Of a stretch of DNA of 64,000 nt, positions 51,664 through 62,207 are shown piece by piece (the first letter of the stretch is position 1; each line of letters opens with the position of its first letter). Under the pieces are notes generated by a model. It had not been told where the DNA came from. It searched no databases and was given only the letters and a program-made list of their open reading frames with translations. The stretch comes from Selaginella moellendorffii. Taxonomy: Eukaryota > Plantae > Lycopodiophyta. The translations under genes were made by a program, and so were the position numbers. Location: contig NW_003314286.1 of NCBI RefSeq assembly GCF_000143415.4, forward strand, positions 1,549,718 to 1,613,717, given 5' to 3'.

Positions 51664-52751
51664 CCTCCTCCTGCAGTGCTATATGGATTAGTTTGTGAGC
51701 AAGCTTAGTGGAAGCCTTCTTACCTTCTTACTAACGGAGATCAGAAACAAAGAATTCGATCCAGGAACAAACAACACCAATGCTGTGTTAGTGCTCTCGT
51801 TATATACTACCTAAGTTGCCGAGCGCGAGGTAAAGCTCGTATGCTAACTACATCTTTCTTAACTATTTTGTCTATCTTGTCCGGCTATTTCAATCCCATT
51901 AACAAGTTCAACTTGTAAAGTTCTATATGGGCTTACTATTTGACGTGTGATCCATGCTTGAGCTTATTTTCTTTGGCATACAAAATTTATAGCTCATGCG
52001 GCCATGTGATGTGTGGATTTATTTATGACGATCATAACATATATCATTCAATTTTGTATACCTCTTTTAGCTAAATAAACTAACTCTCAAAAGGCCTAGA
52101 GTGGAGCCCGCCAGGAAATCTTTAGCATAAGTAAGCAAGAACAATGAAAGCGATGAAAAGTCTGAAGAATCATAGAAGACAGAGAATGCCAAGGAAGTAA
52201 GAACTAGTGAAAGAAGAACTTACCTCCACCTACCACCACTTCGTACAAGAGCCACTCGATTGCGAGGATAATCTTCTCCCAGCCTCGTAGACCATGAATT
52301 CCGACAGCTGCTTTAGCAATCCCTGCGCGGGAGCATCCTCTGGCAACCAGCTCGACAGCGAGCTGATGTCCACCATGATCGACTCATCCAGATTCAAGAA
52401 GCAATCGCCGGTGGAGTTTAGAGCAGCTAGAAAGCCCTAGCTCCTGCTCATTGTCCACTGCTAGAGCAAGATCTTCGCCAGAAATTTCGATGTAGGATGG
52501 GGGGCGGGAAAATGGAACTGGAGCACTGGCGCTGCAAGAATATTGAGGCATTGCGCCGGGTGCCCTGTGCGACGAGAACGGCAGGGAAGAAGCGGCCACC
52601 GCCATAACCAGAGGCTATCCTGGACAAAGAATTGTTATTTATATCAAAAGAAAGCTAACAAGACCTTATGAGACAATAAACACTCTAATGGACAGAGAAA
52701 CTCTAGCCTAGGCCAAAAGTTTTTGCCTGGACTGAGCTACCTAGGCAAAAA

Positions 52752-53306
52752 TCAATTAGACCCGCAGGACGATTCTGGGCTACTGGGACGAAGCAACCGC
52801 TTCTCCTCGAACCGATTGATCTCCCGCTCGTCGGGCTTGTCGAGCGAATCACCAAGATCATGATCTAGTGTTGCCGCGGCAATCGTTGGAGCAACAACAG
52901 CAGCAGTGGCAGTGGCGCGCGGATCGCTGCTACGATTGGCAGCGCTCCTCTCCTTGGAGCAGTCGATCCGTGCCTGGTTGCGGCGGAGGTGCAGGAGCAA
53001 TCCCGATGTGGTGAAGGGGCGCCCCGCGGCGCCAAAGTCGATGGCGCACAGCGGGCACTTGCAGTGGATAATCTCCTGGCCATTGTGGCAGGGAAGCCTG
53101 TGAGTCTTCTTGCGTGTCACCCCCTTGCCCTTCTCGTGGTTCCTGTATGTGCTGAGGCACACGATCGTGCCCTCCGGGATCAATCCCCCGAGCGTGCATT
53201 TCTGGCACCGGCAGTGGAGCCGCATCTGGGGAGCCATACCTTGAGGGAGAGCGAGGGAGAGATCCAGCGCGCGCGCACGCGCCCCTTCTTTCCTAGGGTT
53301 CTTCAC
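52752..53306 (-). other. GC-rich ORF with two CxCxxC-x(n)-H putative zinc-binding motifs, possibly transposon-derived
   Basis: HCRCQKC...YRNH and HCKCPLC...LLLHL; no other recognisable domain. Confidence 0.35.
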
Positions 53307-53530
53307 ACGAACGAAGAAACCATGGCGTGTTTGTAAGCATTTGGCGCGGACGAGCCATTTTTCTTTTCAAAAAAAAAGGCAAAAATCTCAACCCTCATGA
53401 CGTGGCACAATCTTTGCCCTCTGGTGGCTTAATGACGTGGCGAGATCTTAGACCGTTGAGTTGCTGTATTTACGGCAAGATCGTCTTTTTTCTTTTGTTT
53501 CTTGTGAAGTAGGCTGATTTTCTCATGTCT

Positions 53531-53665
53531 TGGGTGATATCAATTTTCATGGCTGTTGGCGTGCTTTTCATTCGTCCAATTTGTCCAAGGAGAGCACATC
53601 GCCAGAGAAACCAGACAAGAACAAACACATCTATCAAGGATGAGATTGTGGAAATCGACTCTCGC
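53531..53665 (+). pseudogene. ALIS/CDC50 coding fragment
   Basis: WVISIFMAVGVLFI is identical in protein to ALIS exon 3 (28382 onward) with only third-position differences; followed by an EIVEI-like segment. Confidence 0.7.
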
Positions 53666-53791
53666 TCAGGAACAAGTCGCCAACTTCGACGCGACTTCAA
53701 CTTTGAGTCCAGTATAGCCACTGGAGTGCTCTTGCAGAGCTCCAAAAAAGAAAGAGGGAAACTTTCCCTAGGTCACCGGCATTCTCGCGAG

Positions 53792-54105
53792 ATGAATGTG
53801 GAGGAAGAGGTGGGTCGCTTGCGACTGGAGATCGAGCGCCTGGGAACGGTCCTGCCCGATGGATCCACCGTCGTAAGCATTCCAATCTTTGATTTCGCTA
53901 TAGCTTGGAATTCCTCTGGATCTATGCCCAGGTGAAATTTGGAATCCTCTTCAACGACGATCGGTGTGCCAATCTCTTCGAGGCGCTGGTTGGAACCCTG
54001 AGGGCCGCCAAGAAGAGGAAGCTCCTTACGTACGATGGAGAGCTCCTCTTGCAGGGAGTGCATGACAATGTGGACATAGTTCTCTTCAAGCCTGTCTCCA
54101 ATTGA
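53792..54105 (+). CDS. Costars family protein (ABRACL-like)
   Basis: MNVEEEVGRLRLEIERLG...VKFGILFNDDRCANLFEALVGTLRAAKKRK...GELLLQGVHDNV; intron 53873-53931. Confidence 0.95.
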
Positions 54106-54155
54106 TCAATGCAAACTTTTCTTTAGATCACAGAGTTCTAGGGTTTTCAAGAAGT

Positions 54156-55533
54156 ATGGCGCTCTTGGACGTTGCTGGTGGCGTGGCGCTGGCGATCTTG
54201 TCCGGATCGGTGCTGCTGCTAGTGCTGCTGAGCTTGCCGGTCGCTGGCTATTTCTTTTCGCCGCGCTCGCTGCCCCAAGGTACCAATGCGGCTAGGAAAA
54301 GAAATGTTTTGCTTGTGATTGCTCATCCGGATGATGAATCGATGTAAGATCTCGCTAGATTGTTTGATACTTGGGATTTGTGCTAATGCGGAGATCCTTG
54401 GCAGGTTCTTTGGACCCACGCTTTTGGGTTTGGCGTCCACTGGGGCTTATAATGTTAGAGTCCTTTGCCTCTCCTCAGGTTTGGCGGCTTGGAAAATCTT
54501 CTATACTTTGACGGGTTTGTGTGTGTTGTAGGGAATGTGGACGGCAGAGGCTGGCAGCGAAAGGAAGAAATTCTTGCTGCGTGTTTGGTGCTGAAAGTAA
54601 GGTTCTTCTTTTCATCTTTGCTTATTTATTTTTTCTGCTGCCATGTCTTGTTGTATGTTTGAAAGGGAGCTGATAGAATTTTTGTCTAGGTGCCGCTCGG
54701 AAACGTTGAAGTGATGGACGTACCGGAGCTTCAAGTAAGTCTCGATTGAACCATAAGATTTTGATTTGCTGAAAGAGTTTTGTTTGCTGAGATGGGCTTT
54801 TTGGTTTACTAGGATGGTTTTGCGGAGCGTTGGGATATAGAATTGATCAGGCGTGTTGTACAACAGCGCATTATGGATCACAAGATCACAACAGTAAGCG
54901 ATCATATTCTTTTCTCAAAGGTGCGACTATCTTTGTTTTTTTCTCAGCTTATTACTTTTGACTCGTATGGTATTTCGGGACACCCCAACCATCGCTCAGT
55001 GCATCATGCTATTTGGTGGGTGGAAATTCTGCCTCCTTCCAACAAATTTCTACGACCGCTCTTTGTTTCTTTTTCAGTGCTTTGCTGCTGCAACTAGAGT
55101 CCAACAAAGATCCTGTTGTGGAAGCTTGGCAGCTCGTAAGCGTTTCTCTTTGGTCCTCTTCATCTTTGCTGAATACTTTTTATTTTGTTATTGTTTTCCC
55201 TTTCCTTCCTGGCAGGCAAGTTCATCTTTGCTGCGAAAGTTTCTCGGTCCTCTGGATGTATGCATTTCGCTAATAGAGCAGCACCTACGGGATCCTTCCA
55301 AGCACCACTGCTTTTATAGCCAGAGGCCGTGGACAAACGCTAGAGCCATGCGACAGCACAGGAGCCAGTGGATATGGTAGGCGAGCAAATATTTGTGAAT
55401 CCTTCCTTCCCTTCCTCTTAGTTTTCTAGTATTACTAGTAACTTCTTTTTGTGTTTTCCACAGGTACCGCAAGCTTTTTGTCATCTTCTCGAGGTACACT
55501 TATGTCAACAGTTTGAAGGTGTTAAAATACTAG
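54156..55533 (+). CDS. PIGL: N-acetylglucosaminyl-phosphatidylinositol de-N-acetylase
   Basis: N-terminal TM; VIAHPDDESMFFGPT; ITFDSYGISGHPNH; HRSQWIWYRKLFVIFSRYTYVN. Confidence 0.93.
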
Positions 55534-56531
55534 TGGCCGAAGGATAAGAAAACCTGTGGAATGATTTCCAGCAGGAAGTTACCAAAACGAAACTCAGGTG
55601 CTTTGCATTGGGGAGGGATTTGTTTGTGCATGAATTCTCGCCTCGGCAATCGCACTGGAGGTACTTTTGGAAGGAATTCTCATTTTCAGTGATTGTTTTC
55701 TCGGCCCAGCGCTCTTAAACTATGAGGTCACTCACATGTTGGACTGTTTACTCCGCAGGACGCTTTCGGGGAGCAGTGCGCGCAGTGGTCATTTCAAAAC
55801 AATCACCCGGAAAATGATTGATCATGAGTGGTCACCACTGAAGAGTGATTGCTCCAAGCGCAATCCTACGAAGTTGGAAACAACCAAAAAAAAAAAGCTT
55901 GGTGTGTGTAAGCTCCGTAGCGAGGTACCTCTTACATCTCTCACTCCCGTCTTTTTTCAAGGCTTTTTTCTTTCTTTTGCTCTTCCAGACGAGAAAATAC
56001 GCGTATTTCTGGAAAGGAAGGAGAGAGTGGATGGGAATCGAACACGGCACTGGTGCCTGTGGCTGTCAGGGCCTGTACGGTCGCCCGTCCATAAAGTAAA
56101 AATCCCCTTCTTTTGACTAACGGTCTGGCTTTGACTGGTCAATGGGATAAGATACTGGAAGGATCTAGGCAGTGATAAACGTGAAAATGCCACAAGCTTT
56201 GCGGCCACAGGCGGGTGTGGGGTGGCCCCCAGTGCGAGGTGGACGCGTGTGCGCGCGTGACACGTGGCCCCGCCGGAGGCGTCGATCCCGGCTCGCGTTG
56301 GCGCCTAGTCAAAGACGAGACGCAAGGGAGGGAGGTTGTTTGTGGGTAGCTGCAAAAATAAAAGATCCTCGCGGTGGGAGCTATGGCTTCGCTGCTTTGC
56401 TCGATCTTGCGCTGCGATACTTCCTGATTCTTTGGAGAGCGCATTTCTAAGATTGTGTCTCGAGTGCGTTTGGATTTGCAAGCGTTTTTTATTCGCGTTC
56501 GCGTGTGTGTGTGCGAGAGTGATCGTTTTGG

Positions 56532-57312
56532 ATGGAAAGCAGCGTGCAAACAAGCGCGGTGGAGGAGAAGCTGGGAATTCGGATCGAGCGGAAGCCATCC
56601 GAGCAGCGATTGCTGGAGCTGGGCGTCAAGTCGTGGCCGAAGTAAGCTACTTTCTTTTCTTCTCCGCCTTTCAATGCTTGGATTCCATTTCAATGCCAGT
56701 AGGAGTGTCTAAAAGCATCACACTAACCAGAGAGCCAACATGAAGCAACCACTTGTTGCTGCTGTGTGTTTTCTCCCCTGGCACCGGGGTTCTTCCAACT
56801 TTCTTGGAAAACCGAGAGCTTATATCGATCTCCTGCACTCTCATTCTCTTGTTACTTCTTTCTGCAGGACAGCCTGCAGTCGTGTCCCAGAAAAAAACCA
56901 AGCTCCAGAGACTCTCTCCTGCGCGTTTCCGCTATAGTCTCTCGCTCCAGCAAGTTCTCACAAACTGAGTTTAATCTGCCGTCCTCTTCCGCCTAAACGA
57001 TCCAAGTTGAAAACATTCTTCTCTTCTTCTTCTTCCGTTCTTCTTGTTCTTGTTCTTCTATCTACTGGTTGAGAAACATACGACGATCTTGCGGTTTCGT
57101 TTTCCAGATGGGGATGCCCTCCGAGCAAGCTGCCCTGGACGTACGACGCGGAGGAGACGTGCTACCTCCTCAAAGGCAAAGTCCGCGTCTTCCCCGAGGG
57201 ATCCTCCGACTTTGTGGAGTTTGGCGCCGGGAACCTGGTCGTCTTCCCCAAAGGGATGAGTTGCACCTGGGAAGTCTACTCGCCAGTTGACAAGCATTAC
57301 AAGTTCGATTGA
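56532..57312 (+). CDS. RmlC-like cupin (DUF861/Cupin_3) protein
   Basis: LGVKSWPKWGCPPSKLPWTYDAEETCYLLKGKV...FPKGMSCTWEV...KHYKFD; single intron 56642-57107. Confidence 0.92.
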
Positions 57313-57665
57313 TCGATCGTCACACACACATCGATATAATCTAATATCTGTGTGATCCGCGACAGATTTTCCCATAGAAAAGCTCTCTACTTTCATGCAA
57401 TGCAGGCGATCAAAGAAGCTCCCGCCCAAGCCGGGGATTCGAGCGCCATCCCTGGATGTTTTTATTTCTTTCTAAGCTCTGTGTGAAGAAAGTGCAAGTA
57501 CGTTTGTGCAAATCTGGTCACTAGAAACTAGAAGTGATCTGGGGCGCTCATCTAGATGCATCCGACGGCTCTAGCGCGCTCTACTTAAATAGTGCTCACT
57601 TCTTAGGTAGCTTGTAAAAACTCCTGCGTTGGAGCGGGGTTGGAGTTGTTCGTGGTTTTGCAGCA

Positions 57666-58535
57666 ATGGTGAGTTTTTCTCTCGCGCGAATTGGCCATGA
57701 ATCCGGGATATCGTTTCTGGGTTTTGCCAATCTAGGGTTCTTATGGCTCATTTGCAGGACGATCCGGAGCTGGAGGCGATCAAGAGGAAGAGGATGCAAG
57801 AGTTAATGGCCCAGAGAGGAGGAGGCGTGAGTTTTCTAGATTTACTGATGCCATTTGTATGATTTGCGTTGTTCTTTGTCCAGCAACAATCCGCGGAGCA
57901 GCAGGAAGCTCAAGAGGAGCAAAAGAGGTAAAGTTACATTCTCAAAAATCTTTTTTTTTTTTTTTGTGTGTGTGTCTCTCTCTTTTTGCTGCTGCTCATT
58001 GGCGAGAGTTGTGTTCCAGAGAAGCAGCCGAGCGGAGACAAATGATGCTAGCTCGAGTGCTTCTCCCAGAGGCTCGCGAACGACGTAAGTTGTCAAAAAA
58101 AAAAAAAAAAAACAAAAAGAAAAACAGAAAATAAAGAAAAGAAAAAGAAACTTCCATTTTGTTTGCGTTTAAAACCTGTTCGTGTTCTTCTAGTTTCGCG
58201 AATTGCACTCGTCAAGCCGGAGAAGGCAAAAGGCGTGGAGGACTTGATTCTTCACAGCGCTCAGCGGGGCCAGATCACCGAGAAGGTAACTACATATCAA
58301 AACTACTCAAAAAGGTATTTTTTCTTCCACTCTGCATTGCCAGGTTTCCGAGGAGAGACTCATCCAACTGCTGGAGCAAATCAACGAGCAAACTAAGAAA
58401 ACAACCAAAGTCACTGTAAGTCCCTCCCTCCCTCAAAGACACAGTATTTTCTTGATAAAACCAGAGATTTTCTAACTCGGTTCCGCGCATCTCTTCCAGA
58501 TACAACGACGCAGGAACGTGTTGGATGACGACTGA
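57666..58535 (+). CDS. PDCD5: Programmed cell death protein 5 (dsDNA-binding domain)
   Basis: ATG-only first coding exon; DDPELEAIKRKRMQELMA, EARERLSRIALVKPEKA, VTIQRRR. Confidence 0.92.
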
Positions 58536-58648
58536 AAATTAAAACTATCATCTAGGTAGGACTGTGAAAAACCAACGAGGGTAATCTCTCTCTGCGGCCT
58601 GGGCGGAACTTTAATTGCCCCATTCCTCGTCTCTCATCAAACTCTCAG

Positions 58649-58812
58649 CATTCCATTGTGACGACGATTGGACGAAAGAAATGTTAGTGACCACCTGCGC
58701 GCGTTGCGTGATGGATTATCCGATGCAAGCAAGCGAATGGTTTATGTGGATGGAGATTTTAAGACGCCATTCAAGTGTGTTCTCAGAGGAGAGAATAAAA
58801 TCGCGAGCTTTC
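58649..58812 (+). pseudogene. Possible decayed shaggy/GSK3 kinase fragment
   Basis: HSIVTTIGRK (cf. HIIVTTIGG) and gccatt...gttctc...aatcgcgagctt (cf. AIKKVL...NREL) with indels. Confidence 0.35.
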
Positions 58813-59080
58813 CTACCAGAAGATCGACGCGATACAGACTGGTAACCGGAAAAACGCTGCCTGTGGCCGCCACCGTACCGTGGTCCCACGAGCGCATCGT
58901 ACGGTTGTCACCGTGGGGGCATATTCCGTCGGTGCCGTGGCGGCGGCGCGGCGGAATGTGCCACGCGGCTGCGACGGAATATTTGGCCTCCTCCCTCCCC
59001 ACGGTAAAATAACTTAGGGCACGAGGAAGCCCGGGCAGAGGAGTGGCGTGATTGATTCAAAGCTGGCGTTCCACCAGGCA

Positions 59081-60390
59081 ATGTCGAGCCTGCTCGGCGA
59101 TGGCATCGTGATTCCCTTGCAGCAGCCACCGTCCATCGCTGTGGGCGGCGGCATTCTCGATGGAGGCGGCGGCGGTGGTGGTGGAGGAGGAGGAGCTGCG
59201 ATGATGAGGGGCGGGCGGAGGAAGGAGGAGCGGATCCCACAGTGGGGATTCCACGAGACGAAGGAATTCATTGCAATTAGGGCCGAGTTTGAGAGGGAGT
59301 TCACGCAGACCAAGCGCAACAAGACGCTGTGGGAGCTCATTGCCGGGCGGATGAAGGACAAGGGCTTCCGCCGGAGCGCCGATCAGTGCAAGTGCAAGTG
59401 GAAGAACCTCGTCAATCGCTACAAGGTCGGTTCCTCTCGTTTTCTCCTCAATCCATCCATCTCTTGGGATTTGTTTTTCTCTTTCTCTTCCACTCTCGCG
59501 CCGCGTTTTTGGATTTCTCCTCTTCTTTGTTCTTCGTTCTCTTCCAGTGACGATCTTCTCTGGATCTTGTCAAGTGTTTCTTTGCTAGTCTTCTTCGATC
59601 GTTCTAGTCTTCTTCGATCTCCCTTCTCGAGTTTTAAGGTTCTTCGATTTTGTCTCGCTTCGTTGCCAACTTCTCGGATCTTGAAAACCACTCTTTGCTG
59701 CAGGGAAAGGAGATATCCGAGCCCGACAATGGGAGGCAATGCCCGTTCTACGAGGAGCTCGACGCCATCTTCAAGGAGCGGTCCAAGAGCATGCTCATGC
59801 TCGAGTCCGACGGCTTGAGGCCCAAGAAGCGTCTCAAGAAGCTCAAAGGCCTGCTGTCCGACGAGGAAACCGACGACGAAGATGACGATGAAGAGAGCGA
59901 CGACGACAACAGGAACTTGCAGCAGCTCCAGCCATTCCAGCACCACCATCAAGAGCAGCAGCAGCAGCAGCAGCAGCAACAACATCAGCTCCAGCAGCAA
60001 ATCCAAGTAGCAGCAGCAAGCCAGTCGCAGCAGCAGCAGCAGCAACAGCAGCGGCCGAGGAAGCGCAAAGTTGACAAGGACAGGCAGCGAGCCACCGCCG
60101 AGAAGTCGAGGGCGAGCAGCATGCAAGAGGTGCTGGAGGAGTTTTTCCAGCAGCAGCAGCGCAACGAGGAGCAGTGGCGGGTGTCGCTGGAGCAGCGGGA
60201 GATGGAGAGGCGAGCCCGCGAGCACGAGTGGCGGGAGTGCATGGAGAAGCTGGAGCAGGAGCGCGCGCTGCGGGAGCAGGCGTGGTGGGAACGCGAAGAA
60301 CAGCGGCGACTGCGGGACGAGGTACGGTCCCGGAAGCGAGACGAGCTGGTCGAAGCTGTGCTGAGAAAGGTGATACGCGACGACTGCTGA
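59081..60390 (+). CDS. Trihelix transcription factor, GT-1/GT-3 clade, with polyQ tract
   Basis: PQWGFHETKEFIAIR...LWELIAGRMKDKGFRRSADQCKCKWKNLVNRYK; CPFYEELDAIF; WRECMEKLEQER coiled coil; intron 59426-59703. Confidence 0.95.
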
Positions 60391-60681
60391 TCCCGGACCA
60401 AACTTCTCTGTATTTTTTTCCTCTGCTGAAAGAGCTGTAACTTCTTCGAGCCCCACTTGACGAGACTTCCATGTCATAGCTTCGCTTTCTTTCTTCGGGG
60501 TCGGAGGGAGCCACGGATACTTTTTGACTCCGCCCGAAAAGATATGCTTCCCTGACAGATTTTTCCGCGTTGGTGACCTGCGATGAGTTGTTCCAGCTCA
60601 AGCCCGCATGTATAGACTTTTGCAATGTACGAAGAACAGGAGAAAAGATAGAAAAAAATACCTTTTCTGCTTTGAGAAAGG

Positions 60682-62032
60682 TCAGTCGTCCGCTTGTAGC
60701 CTGTCTGCCAGTACCGCGAACAGCTTGTCCCATTTCTGTGCACGAATCTCGTCGCGAGCGCGGCGCTGCTCCTCGCGGTCCCTCCAGGCCGCCTCTCTTG
60801 CCATCCGCTGCTGCTGTAGCTTCTCCATTCCACTCATCCACTCGTGCTCCCGCTGCTGCCACTCTCGCTGCTTTCTCTGTAGCAACTCCTGCCACCGCCT
60901 CTCCACGGCTTGCTGCTTGGCGACGAAGTCGGACAGCACCTGATGCATCCCATCCGTTCTCCGTTTCTTCCTCGGAAATTCTACCACCTCCGCACTATCG
61001 GCGTCCTCGCTCAGCTGGTCTGAGTCCGCTTGGTTCTCCTCGAGAGATTCCTTTGGTCCCTTCTCTGCTGTCTCGGTCCTCTGTAGCCTCGCCTTGAACA
61101 GTTCGTCCATGTCCGGAAAGAAGAGGAACTTCCGCCCGTGCTCCAAACCGGTCGTTCTTTTCTCCTGGAATTGCGTGCATAAGTTTGCGAAGCGCAGCAA
61201 ATCTCTGCATACTCTCACTCACCTTATAACGACTGACTAGCTTCTTCCACTTGCGCTTGCATTGCTCGCTGGTTCTCGCGTAGCCTCTTTCTCTCATCTT
61301 CCCCGCGATCGGATCCCACCAATTCTTCTGAGAAGAAAGCGATGGATCCTCCTCCATGTCCGCTCTGATGGAAATGAAGTCCTTGGTCTCGGTGTGTCCC
61401 CAGCGAGGCATGCGTTCTTCCACGCCCTCTTGCTTACACTGGGTCGATGCTTCAGCGCTGGAGGAGAGAGCTGGATGGTGCTCCTCGTCGTCCAGACCTG
61501 TATCTCCATTTTTTTCCTTCGCCATCATTCCTTCTTGCCACAGCCACCCCGGAGGCACGCAAGGCATTCGATGGAACATATCCTCCAAGACCTGCTGGAC
61601 GTCTCTCTCGGCCTCGCTCTCACCGTCTTCGTGACTGTCGATGCTCACGGATTCCTCCTCGGAATGCGTGAAAACCATAACCTCTTCTCCGCGTGACTTA
61701 AATATGGCGTCGATTTCCTCAAACAGGGAAGCATTTCCTTCTTGCAATCCTTTCTCCTACACTGAAAAGAAATCCTCTAAGAACGATCAATCCAGCGCGA
61801 GATTCCTAGAGCTAGAGATATAACTGACCTCGTACCGCGACACCAGCGCCCTCCACTCGCGCTCGCATTCGCGGCCGCTGCACTGGAAGCTCATCCGCGA
61901 CGCCACCAGATCCCAGAGCCTGGCCTCGCGCATCGCATTCCCTTCGCTGGCGGCGAAATCGTAATCTAGCTGCGCCCTCGCGCAGAGCAGCTGTCTGGAA
62001 TTTGCCACGCCCCAGCCAGGCGCCATCGCCAT
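60682..62032 (-). CDS. Divergent trihelix transcription factor with two trihelix domains
   Basis: Exons ~62032-61829, 61756-61223, 61164-60682; first domain W...LWDLVASRM...ECEREWRALVSRY; second domain PRWGHTETKDFISIR...QCKRKWKKLVSRYK; GT-3-like C-terminal coil. Confidence 0.82.
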
Positions 62033-62122
62033 CACGAGGAGCCCTAAATTCCAGGCCCGTTAGAGAGAATATCCACGTATGTAAATCCTTGCATCGAGAA
62101 AATTCTTTGGCGGCGTGGGCCT

Positions 62123-62197
62123 AGCGATGACCTCGGAGGAGAAATCCACGTGCCCGGGAGAGTCGACAAGGTTGATCAGGTACTCGTTCCCGTCTCT
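62123..62197 (-). pseudogene. Elongation factor 2 (eEF2) G-domain fragment
   Basis: [23 protein letters not shown](IA) is the eEF2 G3 motif region; no flanking eEF2 sequence. Confidence 0.85.
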
Positions 62198-62207
62198 GGA
62201 AAGCGCC

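Noticed and set aside
55600-56500. Overlapping ORFs between PIG-L and the cupin gene
   Set aside because: No conserved motifs; consistent with UTR or promoter sequence.
59419-60895. Long minus-strand ORFs (352 aa and 350 aa)
   Set aside because: Antisense shadows of the GC-rich, CAG-repeat trihelix coding sequence; no domain signal.
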